This document shows positions 17,901 through 26,553 of a stretch of 64,000 bases of DNA, one piece after another (the stretch's first letter is position 1; each line of letters begins with the position of its first letter). Made by a program: the position numbers and the translations under genes. The stretch is from Candidatus Nealsonbacteria bacterium (GTDB lineage: Bacteria > Patescibacteriota > Minisyncoccia > Minisyncoccales > JANBVM01). A model generated the notes under the pieces. The model did not search any database, was not told the DNA's origin, and saw only the letters and a list, made by a program, of their open reading frames with translations. The stretch is taken from contig CP179889.1 of NCBI GenBank assembly GCA_047456315.1, forward strand, positions 192,776 through 256,775, in the 5' to 3' direction.

Positions 17901-18580
17901 TCTGTGCTTTAATAAACAATTATTTCAGCTTTTACTGGGTAATTGTTTCATATGTTCTGGGCTCTTTTCCTTCTGGATATATATTTACAAAACTTTCTGT
18001 TAATAAAGATATTTTACAAATTGGCTGGCGTAAAAGTTCTGGTTCAAATGTTTTCAAAAATATAGGCATCTGGCAGGGAGCGCTCACAGCTGTTTTTGAT
18101 GTTGGGAAAGGGTATTTAGCAGTTTATCTGGCCCAGTATTTTGGGCTGCCAGCTTATCTTCAAGCGCTTTCTGGAGTAGCTGCAGTTATTGGCCATAATT
18201 GGTCTTGTTTTCTAAAGTTTTCTGGTGGAAGAGGTATTGGAACTTTAGCCGGTGCTTTTTTAGCTCTGTCTCCTGAACTTGTCTGGCTTCCAGTTATTAT
18301 TTTAATTATTCTGGCAGTTATCTGGAATGCTTCAATTGGGACAATTGTTTTTCTAATAACCTCTCTGGTTTTAGCAGCACAATACAGCCAGCTTGAAACA
18401 ATTGGAGTTTTAATACTGGGTTCTTTAATCCCGATATTTATTAAAAGATTGAGTCCAATAAGCGAGATTAAAAGCGCACAGAATAAATTTCTTTTAATAA
18501 GAAACCGGCTCATTTTTGATGACGATAAGCCATCAGGTCTGCGGATTAAAAGAATAATAAAAGGTTCAGGCTGGTGGTAG
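17897..18580 (+). CDS. plsY: Glycerol-3-phosphate acyltransferase PlsY (acyl-phosphate dependent)
   Basis: Polytopic membrane ORF with GSFPSGYIF, SGSNVFKNIG and GHNWSCFLKFSGGRGIGT (compare GH-x-fp-x-f-x-FkGGKGvAT). Confidence 0.75.
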   Translation: MICALINNYFSFYWVIVSYVLGSFPSGYIFTKLSVNKDILQIGWRKSSGSNVFKNIGIWQGALTAVFDVGKGYLAVYLAQYFGLPAYLQALSGVAAVIGHNWSCFLKFSGGRGIGTLAGAFLALSPELVWLPVIILIILAVIWNASIGTIVFLITSLVLAAQYSQLETIGVLILGSLIPIFIKRLSPISEIKSAQNKFLLIRNRLIFDDDKPSGLRIKRIIKGSGWW

Positions 18581-18589
18581 TTAAAAAGG

Positions 18590-18618
18590 TTGACAGACTA
18601 ACATTTATTTGGCAAAAT
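18590..18618 (+). promoter_or_regulatory. Putative sigma-70-type promoter upstream of nusA
   Basis: TTGACA (18590-18595), a 17-nt spacer, then CAAAAT (18613-18618). Confidence 0.35.
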
Positions 18619-18681
18619 AGAAATTAGTCCGTTAAAACGCGGACATTTTTATTAAGAATAGATAATTTTCCAATTTAAATT

Positions 18682-19911
18682 ATGGACATGAAAAACTTTA
18701 CTTCAGCCATTAGCCAGATTGCTGAGGAAAAAGGAATTTCTTCAGAAAAAGTTTTAGAAACAATTGAACAGGCCTTGGCTGCAGCTTATAAAAAAGATTA
18801 TGGGAAAAAGGGACAGGTTATTAAAGCAAAGCTTGATGAAAAATCAGGTGATGTTAAGTTTTGGCAGGAAAAAACAGTTGTAAGTGAGAAAATGATTTAT
18901 TCAGAAAAGGAACTGGAAGAATTACAGCAGTCTTCTGCTAAAACCGCTGAAGACAAAGAAAAGATTCGTTTTAATCCAGAAAAGTATATCATGATTAAGG
19001 ATGCAAAAAAAATAGATCCTAAAATTAAAATTAATGAAGAATTGATTATGCCCTTGGAAACCAAAAAAGAATATGGCAGAATTGCTGCTCAAACAGCCAA
19101 GCAGGTAATCATGCAAAGAATCAGAGAAGCTGAAAAAGAAAGTATTTTTAATGAATACAAGTCAAAGGAAGATGATATTATTTCTGGTATTGTTCAAAGA
19201 GTAGAAGGCAGAAATGTGTTTTTTGATATTGGAAAAACTTTAGGGGTTTTGCCCAGAGAAGAGCAGGTGCCTGGAGAGTTTTACAGACCAGGCCAGAGAT
19301 TAAAACTTTATGTTTTAAAAGTTGAAACAACTTCTAAAGGCCCTAAGATTTTTCTGTCTCGCGCTTATCCAAAATTAGTTTCAAAACTTTTTGAATTAGA
19401 AGTTCCAGAAGTTTCAGCTGGTACAGTTGTTATAAAATCAATAGCAAGAGAGCCTGGCTCAAGAACAAAGATTGCTGTTACTTCGCTTGAAGAGGGCATT
19501 GATCCAATTGGAGCAGTTGTTGGCCAGCGCGGAACCAGGGTTCAGGTGGTAATCAATGAGCTGGGAGGGGAAAAGATTGATATTATTGAATACTCTGATG
19601 ATCCAAAAATGTATATAGCTAATTCTTTAAGCCCAGCCAAGGTTGAAGAAGTTAAGATTATGCCTAAAAACATAGCTTTAGCTATTGTTCCCTATAACCA
19701 ATTATCTTTGGCTATAGGCAAGGATGGTCAGAATGTAAGATTAGCTGCTAAATTAACTGGCTGGAAAATTGATGTAAGAAGTTCTTCTTCCCAAGAGGAA
19801 ACAAAAGAAGAAAAAGAAGAAAAGCCAGAACCAGCCCCTATTAAAGAACCAGAGGTTAAGGAAAAAAAGAAGAAAGAGAAAAAGAAAGAAGAAAAGACAA
19901 AAGAAGAATAA
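18682..19911 (+). CDS. nusA: Transcription termination/antitermination factor NusA with a Lys/Glu-rich tail
   Basis: N-terminal NusA domain, S1 domain (IISGIVQRVEGRNVFFDIG), two KH domains (GIDPIGAVVGQRGTRV and AIGKDGQNVRLAAKLTGWKIDV), and a C-terminal KEEKEEKPE...KKKKEKKKEEK tail. Confidence 0.9.
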   Translation: MDMKNFTSAISQIAEEKGISSEKVLETIEQALAAAYKKDYGKKGQVIKAKLDEKSGDVKFWQEKTVVSEKMIYSEKELEELQQSSAKTAEDKEKIRFNPEKYIMIKDAKKIDPKIKINEELIMPLETKKEYGRIAAQTAKQVIMQRIREAEKESIFNEYKSKEDDIISGIVQRVEGRNVFFDIGKTLGVLPREEQVPGEFYRPGQRLKLYVLKVETTSKGPKIFLSRAYPKLVSKLFELEVPEVSAGTVVIKSIAREPGSRTKIAVTSLEEGIDPIGAVVGQRGTRVQVVINELGGEKIDIIEYSDDPKMYIANSLSPAKVEEVKIMPKNIALAIVPYNQLSLAIGKDGQNVRLAAKLTGWKIDVRSSSSQEETKEEKEEKPEPAPIKEPEVKEKKKKEKKKEEKTKEE

Positions 19912-19929
19912 TTAAGTAAAATATATTAT

Positions 19930-20517
19930 ATGAACTTAATTCCTACTATTATTGAAAAAACAAAATACGGAGAAAGGGCCTATGATATTTATTCAAGACT
20001 GCTTAAGGAAAGAATTATTTTCCTGGGAGGCCCTATCATTGATCCAATAGCTAACTCTATTATTGCCCAGATGCTTTTTTTAGCTTCTCAAGATCCCAAA
20101 AAAAGCATTCAACTTTATATTAATTCACCAGGCGGAATATTAACTGCAGCCTTGGCAATTTATGACACTATGCAGTATGTGAAGTGCCCTGTTTCAACTG
20201 TTTGCGTTGGTTCTGCTGCCTCAGGAGCTGCGGTACTGTTAGGAGCAGGAGAAAAAGGAAAAAGATTTGCCCTGCCTAATTCCCAGATTCTGCTTCATCA
20301 GGTGGCTGTCAGCGGTATAAGTGGCCAGGCAATAGAAATTGAAATTGCTGCTAAACAGATTGTCAGGTTAAAGCAGCAAGTTAATAAAATCCTGGCAAAA
20401 CATACTGGGCAGAAACTAGAAAAACTTGAAAAAGATACTGACAGGGATTTTTACCTTTCTGCTGAAGATGCTAAGGTTTACGGATTAATTGACCAGGTAA
20501 TTAAAACAAAAAAATAA
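19930..20517 (+). CDS. clpP: ATP-dependent Clp protease proteolytic subunit
   Basis: [37 protein letters not shown] (catalytic Ser context), LLHQ. Confidence 0.9.
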   Translation: MNLIPTIIEKTKYGERAYDIYSRLLKERIIFLGGPIIDPIANSIIAQMLFLASQDPKKSIQLYINSPGGILTAALAIYDTMQYVKCPVSTVCVGSAASGAAVLLGAGEKGKRFALPNSQILLHQVAVSGISGQAIEIEIAAKQIVRLKQQVNKILAKHTGQKLEKLEKDTDRDFYLSAEDAKVYGLIDQVIKTKK

Positions 20518-20526
20518 TCTTTTGAA

Positions 20527-21588
20527 ATGAAACTCCTAAAATCAAAAAGGTTTTGGTTAATAATACTAACCCTTATTGTAATAGGGGTTTTAATTTACTT
20601 TATTTTTTTTAGAAAAGACATGGTTGAAAATGGGGTTATTCCTTCAAACGGAGAAAGTGAAGAGGTAAAAGATAAAACAGAGCCCGCTTCCCAGATTAGA
20701 TTTCCTGATTCCGGCTCTTGGTATGGAAAAAACTTTGTTCTTGAGGTGCTGGATGAGGATTTAGAGTCTGGCCTAGATTTCTGTGAATACAAAATTATAA
20801 CTTATGATAGTGAAAAAGAATATTCCACTGACTGGCTAAAAAGAAAATGTAATTCTGATTTGAGTATTTCTGTTGGAGAAAGGAAAATGTGCGGTTTTGA
20901 AGGAAAAAATGCCTGCTGGATATATGTACGTTCAAAGGATACTAGCAATAATCAGCACAGTTCTTCTTTAGAAAACAAATCCATTGTTTATCTTCATATT
21001 GACTGGACCAAGCCTGTTATTTCTAAGGTTTTTATAGTTGATAAACTGGATGATCAAGCTTATCCCATCTTCATTGAAAAAGATGAAAGCTATAATTTGA
21101 AAACAAAGGTAAATGATAATCTCAAGATCACTGGCTGTAATTTATATATTGATTATCAAGATCAGGGAATAATGTTAAGACTAGATCCCGGTTGCCAGAA
21201 AGAGTGCAGTTTTACTAAGGAATTTATTCCAAAGCAATCCGGTGTTTATGAGATTTTTGCTGCTTGCAAGGATAATGCAGGAAACATTTCAAAAAGTGAA
21301 ACTATTGAAGCTAGAACTAATTTAGCTCCTGAGATTTTATTCTGCAGAGTCAGTCCAGTGTCTGGCAGCATTGGTGTTCAATTTAATTTTTCTGTTGATG
21401 TCCAAGATCCAGATGATGACTCCCTTTCTTTTTCATGGAATTTTGGTGATGAAGAATTTTCAAACGTAAAAGATGCGGTTCATTTTTATGAGAACCCTGG
21501 CATTTATGAGCCTGAAGTCATTGTTTCTGATGACAAGGGAGCAAGTGATTCTTGCTCAACTGCCTGGGTTAGTATTTCAAAAGATTAA
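20527..21588 (+). CDS. Membrane-anchored extracellular protein with a C-terminal PKD domain
   Basis: N-terminal TM helix (FWLIILTLIVIGVLIYFIFF). The C-terminal FNFSVDVQDPDDDSLSFSWNFGDEEF...HFYENPGIYEPEVIVSDDKGASDS matches the PKD WxFGDG...HxY...GxY pattern. Confidence 0.6.
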   Translation: MKLLKSKRFWLIILTLIVIGVLIYFIFFRKDMVENGVIPSNGESEEVKDKTEPASQIRFPDSGSWYGKNFVLEVLDEDLESGLDFCEYKIITYDSEKEYSTDWLKRKCNSDLSISVGERKMCGFEGKNACWIYVRSKDTSNNQHSSSLENKSIVYLHIDWTKPVISKVFIVDKLDDQAYPIFIEKDESYNLKTKVNDNLKITGCNLYIDYQDQGIMLRLDPGCQKECSFTKEFIPKQSGVYEIFAACKDNAGNISKSETIEARTNLAPEILFCRVSPVSGSIGVQFNFSVDVQDPDDDSLSFSWNFGDEEFSNVKDAVHFYENPGIYEPEVIVSDDKGASDSCSTAWVSISKD

Positions 21589-21610
21589 AACATGTTAATA
21601 TATATAAAAT

Positions 21611-22282
21611 ATGAATAAAAAAAATCTTCTTATTCTCTTTACTATTATTTTTGGGCTAACTATCCTAAAAGCTGATTTTTGTCTGGCATTAAATAATCCG
21701 CAGAATCTTCAAACACCGGCTGTTGGCGAAGGCAGTGCTATACTTCAATGGGAGTGGTACGAAAATGGTGGCACGCTTAAACAATTTAGACTTTTATACA
21801 AAGACATAGATTCAACAGTATGGACGGCAAGATATCCTATTGCAGATAGCGGCACCATCACATACAATTTAATGGGCTTATCTGAAAATACTGAATATGA
21901 ATGGAGGATGCAGGCTGAAGCCGAAGATCCTGCAGATGACAGTGATTTTGTTGATGGTCCTAATTTCACAACAATACAAGCTCCAACTCCCCCGCCAGAT
22001 GAAAATGGTGGAACCTTAGGCCCTATAGCTCTGAAAAATCCTTTAGACCAAGATAATATCTGGGATGCAATAGATGCGGTTTTAAGCTTCCTTATTTTAA
22101 TTGCTTTTGCTATTGCTCCAATTTTAATAATTTATTCTGCCTTTTTAATGATTTTTGCTGCTGGAGACGCAGTTAAAATTAATAAAGCCAAATCAATAAT
22201 TACCTGGACCCTTGTGGCTTTAGCAATCATTCTATTTTCCAAAGGCCTGCCAGCAGTTATTAAAGAAGTGATGAGCGGATAA
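21611..22282 (+). CDS. Secreted FN3-domain protein with a two-helix TrbC/VirB2-like (pilin-like) C-terminal membrane module
   Basis: Signal/TM sequence at the N-terminus, an FN3-like segment (PQNLQT...AILQWEW...FRLLYKD...YNLMGLSENTEYEWRMQA), a Pro-rich linker, then two hydrophobic helices flanking AAGDAVKINKAKS as in TrbC/VirB2-type pilins. Confidence 0.45.
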   Translation: MNKKNLLILFTIIFGLTILKADFCLALNNPQNLQTPAVGEGSAILQWEWYENGGTLKQFRLLYKDIDSTVWTARYPIADSGTITYNLMGLSENTEYEWRMQAEAEDPADDSDFVDGPNFTTIQAPTPPPDENGGTLGPIALKNPLDQDNIWDAIDAVLSFLILIAFAIAPILIIYSAFLMIFAAGDAVKINKAKSIITWTLVALAIILFSKGLPAVIKEVMSG

Positions 22283-22317
22283 CCCCCACCAACTTTCCTA
22301 ACTAGCATATTGTTTAT

Positions 22318-22346
22318 AAAACAGAATAATCTCATTCTGTTTTTAT
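22318..22346 (+). terminator. Rho-independent terminator after the FN3/pilin-like gene
   Basis: Stem ACAGAAT / ATTCTGT (22321-22327 / 22334-22340), loop AATCTC, followed by a T-run. Confidence 0.6.
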
Positions 22347-22382
22347 ATAAATTATAGCTTTTAAAAATAAAGTTAGTGCGCC

Positions 22383-22411
22383 TTGACAGTAGTTCATAAA
22401 AGAAACAAAAT
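22383..22411 (+). promoter_or_regulatory. Putative promoter
   Basis: TTGACA, 17-nt spacer, CAAAAT. This is the same architecture as the nusA promoter candidate. Confidence 0.35.
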
Positions 22412-22468
22412 GAAAATGAAATTCATTTCCATTAGTTTTTTTAGAAAAGCCTAAAAATTTTTAAAAAG

Positions 22469-22810
22469 ATGGTTAAAAAACTTGAAGAACTAATTAAATA
22501 TCAGGGTCAACTTCCTGACAAACTTAAGGTTCAAATTACAAAATCTGACGACTGGGGCTATGCAGTTAAGATTTTAAACCTTCATGGATGTTTCACTCAA
22601 GTAGAAGATGCAGGAGAATTATTTGTTATGGTAAACGATGCTGTTTACGCTTATTTTAATATTCCTGATGGCGTTATTCCTTCAATGCCTCGTTATTTTC
22701 CCATTGAGAGAATAAGAAAAGAGCTGCAAAAATGGGAAAAATCAATTCCGGCAAACTTTTTAGAAAGGCCCATTGTATTTACTCAATCAGGTGTTGGTGC
22801 TAACTTATAA
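22469..22810 (+). CDS. HicB-like (UPF0150) antitoxin-fold protein
   Basis: 113 aa. WGYAVKILNLHGCFTQVEDAGELFVMVNDAVYAYF resembles the HicB N-domain pattern (y-x-v-x-vPdlpGC-x-TqGdt-x-eEa...a). No HicA partner was recognised. Confidence 0.35.
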   Translation: MVKKLEELIKYQGQLPDKLKVQITKSDDWGYAVKILNLHGCFTQVEDAGELFVMVNDAVYAYFNIPDGVIPSMPRYFPIERIRKELQKWEKSIPANFLERPIVFTQSGVGANL

Positions 22811-23250
22811 GAATTTCATGAGTGATTTTTATATTTCTTGCAAATACACCATCTTTTATAAATGGCCTAATAAAGATGACTGGAAACTAGGGGAGACAAC
22901 GAAAGAATTTTATCTTGTCTTTGTTAAAGAAGGAAGTATTGCAAAAATAGATTCAATTATCGCTTCTAAGAAAGATTAGATCCTTAGAATTTTTAACAGG
23001 CGAAATTTCATCGACTTCGCTTTTTAAAGAGAGTTTCCGCGAAGATAATCAGAGTGAAGCTGGCTATCCTCCTGAGTCGTGGCACTGGAAAATGATAGCA
23101 AAGTGAGTAAAGCAAATTTATTAAATTTCAAGGGGCGAAACCTTAATGGCTTTGCCTTTAATTTAGGTAAGTTTCCCATTATAACAAGTAAAAAATTACT
23201 AACAGATAGAGATTTTCAATTTTTGATATAAGTGTTAGAATTAAAATAAT

Positions 23251-25776
23251 ATGAATGATGCAAACAAGAATTTAAAAGAAGGATATATATTAGATAAAGC
23301 TACAGGGAAACCCGTCGACTTTATCAAGCCAGAAGAAAAAGTAAGGCAAGATTATGAGAAGGTTCTATATGAAGATTATGGTTATAATTATAAACAAATA
23401 GACATAAATGTTCCAATACGAAGAGGGACAAAAAAACAAAAAGGAGAAACAGATTTTGCCGACATAGTTATTTATAAAACAACAGATAAAAACAAGAGAG
23501 AGCAAAATGAAGATGTTATTGGAATTGTTGAAACAAAAAGACCCACAAGGAAAGAAGGTATAAAACAATTAATGACCTATATATCTGCCACTTCTTGTTC
23601 TTGGGGTATATGGACTAATGGAAAAGAAATTGAGTATGTTTATAGAAATCCTAAAACTGGAGAGATTAAGAGAGATTTTATTTACCAAATTCCAAAAAAT
23701 GGTGAGACTTTCGAGACCATCGGAAGAATATCAAAAAATAAGTTAAAACCAACAATTAATCTTAAATTAATATTTATAAGGTTACTCAATACTCTTTATG
23801 CTAATACAAATATTAGTAGAAGAGAAAAATTAGGCAATGAGATGATTAGATTAATATTTTGTAAAATCTGGGACGAAAGATATGAACCGAGTGCCTTACC
23901 AAAGTTTAGGATTGGTTTTGAAGAAAAACCCAAAGAAGTAGCTAAGAGAATTAAAGAATTATTTGAAGATGTAAAAGGTGAGCTCGTAAGCGATGGGGTC
24001 TTTGATGGTAGTGAAGAAATCAAATTAGACGATAAATCCATTGCTTATGTCGTTGGCGAATTAGAACCCTATAGTTTACAAAAAACAGATAAAGATGTTG
24101 TCGGTGATGCTTTTGAAGTTTTTGCAGAAAGTAAATTAGTTGGAGAAAAAGGAGAGTTCTTTACTCCGAGAGAAGTTGTTAAGACGGCAATAAAAATAAT
24201 CAACCCACAACCCCAAGAAAGCGTAATGGACCCAGCATGCGGTAGTGGTGGATTCTTGATTTATGCTCTTGAACATATTTGGGACGTAATGGAAAACAGT
24301 AAAAAATACAAAGGGATAGTTAATTTAGATGTAATAAAGAAAGAAATTGCCGAAAAATATTTTTTCGGTATTGATAAAGAAATTGATTTAGTCAAAATAG
24401 CAAAGGCGTACATGGCAATTGTAGGTGATGGCAGGGGTGGGATTGTTCAGCAAAATAGTTTACATTTAGCTGAAGATTTTGAAGGAAGGGCAAGGAATTT
24501 ATTTGTAGAAAAAAATAAATTTAAGAAATTTGATATAATATTAACCAATCCACCTTTTGGAAAAAAGACAAAGGTATTAGAAGAAGAAGCAAAAAATTTT
24601 GATTTAGGTCATAAATGGAAAAAAGACACAAGTGGTAGATGGATAAAAACAAAAGACACAAGAGACACAGAACCACAAGTATTATTTATAGAAAGGTGCT
24701 TTGAGTTTCTGAGAGATGGTGGAAAATTAGCAATAGTTTTACCAGAGACTTATTTTCATGCACCAAATTCAAAATATATATTAAACTATATAAAAGAAAA
24801 TAGTAATATAATTACAATTATTGACTTAGCCCATAATACTTTTAGACCACATAATAATGCAAAAACTATTTTATTAATTCTAGAAAAAGGAATCAAGCAA
24901 CAAAAGAAAATTATAATGGGTGTTGCAGAAGAAATAGGACATGACCATAATGGCAAACCTCTTTATAGATATGATGAAGAAAACCATAAGTTTACGGATG
25001 AAATATGGGATGATACAAAAACAATCAGAAAAGAATTAGACAACCCTTCAAATCCAAATAACAAAAATGTTTTTGTTGTTAATATAAATGATATTAAAAA
25101 TGATGTTTTTGTGCCAAGATATTATTGGAAAAAACGGATAGAAAAATTAAGAAAAAAGGCTAAAAAACAAAATCTTGAGTTTGTTCAAATTAAACAACTT
25201 ATTGACAAAGGAATAATAAAAGAATTTAGTGGGCATGGTTCTCCAGCGAGCAGATATAAAGGTAGGGGAAATATACCCTATGTTCGTGTTGCTGATATAG
25301 TTAATTGGGAAATTTACAAAAATCCAACCTCTTTAATACCTGAACATATCTATAAATCTGTAAAAGGCAAAGGAAGAGATTTACAAGAAAAAGATATTTT
25401 ATTTGTAAGAAGAGGCAGTTATAGGATTGGCAGTGTTGCGATGATTTCGAAGTTTGATATAAAAGTTCTGCTTACAAGAGAAATACATGTTTTTAGGGTG
25501 ATCAAAAAACATAATAAATATGGAATAGATCCATTTTACTTAATATATCTCTTTTCTCATCAATTAACACAAAAACAGCTTTATAATAAAGTTTTAATAG
25601 ATACAACTCTTCCAAACATAGCAAGGAGATGGGAAGAGTTGTATTTGCCGATTTCTAAAAACAAAGAAGAAAAAGAAACAATTAAAAGAAAAATGAAAGG
25701 AGCTTTTATCAAAAAATGGGAAGCTCAAAAAAGAATAAATGATCTAAAAAATGAATTTGGTAATTTAATTACTTAA
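23251..25776 (+). CDS. Single-polypeptide type IIG restriction-modification enzyme (PD-(D/E)xK nuclease + gamma-class N6-adenine methyltransferase + target-recognition domain)
   Basis: The N-terminus is an HsdR_N-like nuclease core (ETDFADIVIY...IGIVETKRP). The middle is an HsdM-type MTase (FFTPREVV, motif I DPACGSGGFLI, motif IV LTNPPFG). The C-terminal ~200 aa are HsdS-like TRD (IPYVRVADI...GDIL-type pattern KDILFVRRGSYRIGSV). Confidence 0.8.
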   Translation: MNDANKNLKEGYILDKATGKPVDFIKPEEKVRQDYEKVLYEDYGYNYKQIDINVPIRRGTKKQKGETDFADIVIYKTTDKNKREQNEDVIGIVETKRPTRKEGIKQLMTYISATSCSWGIWTNGKEIEYVYRNPKTGEIKRDFIYQIPKNGETFETIGRISKNKLKPTINLKLIFIRLLNTLYANTNISRREKLGNEMIRLIFCKIWDERYEPSALPKFRIGFEEKPKEVAKRIKELFEDVKGELVSDGVFDGSEEIKLDDKSIAYVVGELEPYSLQKTDKDVVGDAFEVFAESKLVGEKGEFFTPREVVKTAIKIINPQPQESVMDPACGSGGFLIYALEHIWDVMENSKKYKGIVNLDVIKKEIAEKYFFGIDKEIDLVKIAKAYMAIVGDGRGGIVQQNSLHLAEDFEGRARNLFVEKNKFKKFDIILTNPPFGKKTKVLEEEAKNFDLGHKWKKDTSGRWIKTKDTRDTEPQVLFIERCFEFLRDGGKLAIVLPETYFHAPNSKYILNYIKENSNIITIIDLAHNTFRPHNNAKTILLILEKGIKQQKKIIMGVAEEIGHDHNGKPLYRYDEENHKFTDEIWDDTKTIRKELDNPSNPNNKNVFVVNINDIKNDVFVPRYYWKKRIEKLRKKAKKQNLEFVQIKQLIDKGIIKEFSGHGSPASRYKGRGNIPYVRVADIVNWEIYKNPTSLIPEHIYKSVKGKGRDLQEKDILFVRRGSYRIGSVAMISKFDIKVLLTREIHVFRVIKKHNKYGIDPFYLIYLFSHQLTQKQLYNKVLIDTTLPNIARRWEELYLPISKNKEEKETIKRKMKGAFIKKWEAQKRINDLKNEFGNLIT

Positions 25777-25837
25777 TTTTTATGAATAAATCTATGAAAA
25801 AATCGCTTAAGAGGCAGTTTTTTAGTAGGATAAAGAT

Positions 25838-26410
25838 ATGAAAGAAGAAATTCTCGAAAATATCTCAAACGTACTCACTAAGCCGCTTGAAAAAGAAAGG
25901 GTAATCTATTTGATGGTAGAAATTCGTAAATTTATTGAAAGAACCGAGGGAGAAACTAAAAGATGGGTTAATATAAAGCATTGGTGTGATTGGGTCGTTC
26001 ATACGCAATTAGATAGAAAATTTGCCATTGAGACGCTTAATTCAATGGAAAATTATCTTATAAAGAATCCCGAGAATAAATTTCAGTGGTCTGATTTTAA
26101 CAGACGGTTTGTTTCCTTAGAGAGCCTGCGCCAAGAGTTGTATAAGTTTCTGAAGGAAAATGGATTGTCGACGGACATAACTAATATCCCACCCTGGAAT
26201 GACTTCTCACGATTTTTAGCGGAAACACTACGTGATTGCCACCTCGTTAAGAATAATGGTCTTGTTAGGAAATTCTTTTTTTCAAAGAAAGAACATATTC
26301 CAGAGGCCCAAAAATACTCTATAGATTTTGAGCTTCATTTTGATGGAGGCAGACCAAATTTATGGGGCACTGTCCTTGGGTCTGAAGATGAATCTCAAAA
26401 TAAATCCTAA
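25838..26410 (+). CDS. Hypothetical protein (no recognisable domain) co-oriented with the RM gene
   Basis: 190-aa ORF, 61 nt downstream of the RM gene, with a terminator-like hairpin downstream. I can name no motif. Confidence 0.5.
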   Translation: MKEEILENISNVLTKPLEKERVIYLMVEIRKFIERTEGETKRWVNIKHWCDWVVHTQLDRKFAIETLNSMENYLIKNPENKFQWSDFNRRFVSLESLRQELYKFLKENGLSTDITNIPPWNDFSRFLAETLRDCHLVKNNGLVRKFFFSKKEHIPEAQKYSIDFELHFDGGRPNLWGTVLGSEDESQNKS

Positions 26411-26511
26411 TGTTATTTGTTTGACTTAGGGTAAGTTTAGAGAAAGATTAGCAATATGATTTCATCAAACAGGTTCTAACCTCGTCCAGCCCCCGGACCC
26501 AAAATTAAAAA

Positions 26512-26535
26512 GCCCATTGTCCTGGGCATTTTTTA
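26512..26535 (+). terminator. Putative intrinsic terminator
   Basis: GCCCA (26512-16), loop TTGTCC, TGGGC (26523-27), followed by ATTTTTTAATTT. Confidence 0.45.
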
Positions 26536-26553
26536 ATTTAAATCTTTTTAAAT

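Noticed and set aside
18621-18650. Hairpin GTCCG-TTAAAACG-CGGAC + ATTTTTATT just after the nusA promoter candidate, considered as a NusA-autoregulated leader terminator.
   Set aside because: The stem is only 5 bp with an 8-nt loop. The idea is attractive, since nusA leaders are autoregulated in model bacteria, but the structure is too weak to assert from sequence alone.
22773-22979. 68-aa ORF overlapping the end of the HicB-like gene, considered as a possible HicA-type toxin.
   Set aside because: It has no HicA motifs (no conserved Gly-Ser-His core). It overlaps 38 nt of the upstream gene unless started at an internal Met (22818). It may be a small real gene but is unsupported.
26471-26501. 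AGGTTCTAACCTCGTCCAGCCCCCGGACCCA next to the recombinase gene. I considered it a second tRNA 3'-end-like att site, inverted relative to 30201-30235, which would have implied an invertible 3.7-kb segment.
   Set aside because: The T-arm pairing is poor. Similarity to the 30201-30235 fragment is limited to AGGTTC, AACCTCGT and GCCCC blocks whose alignments are mutually inconsistent. This is too weak to call without a genome-wide tRNA comparison.
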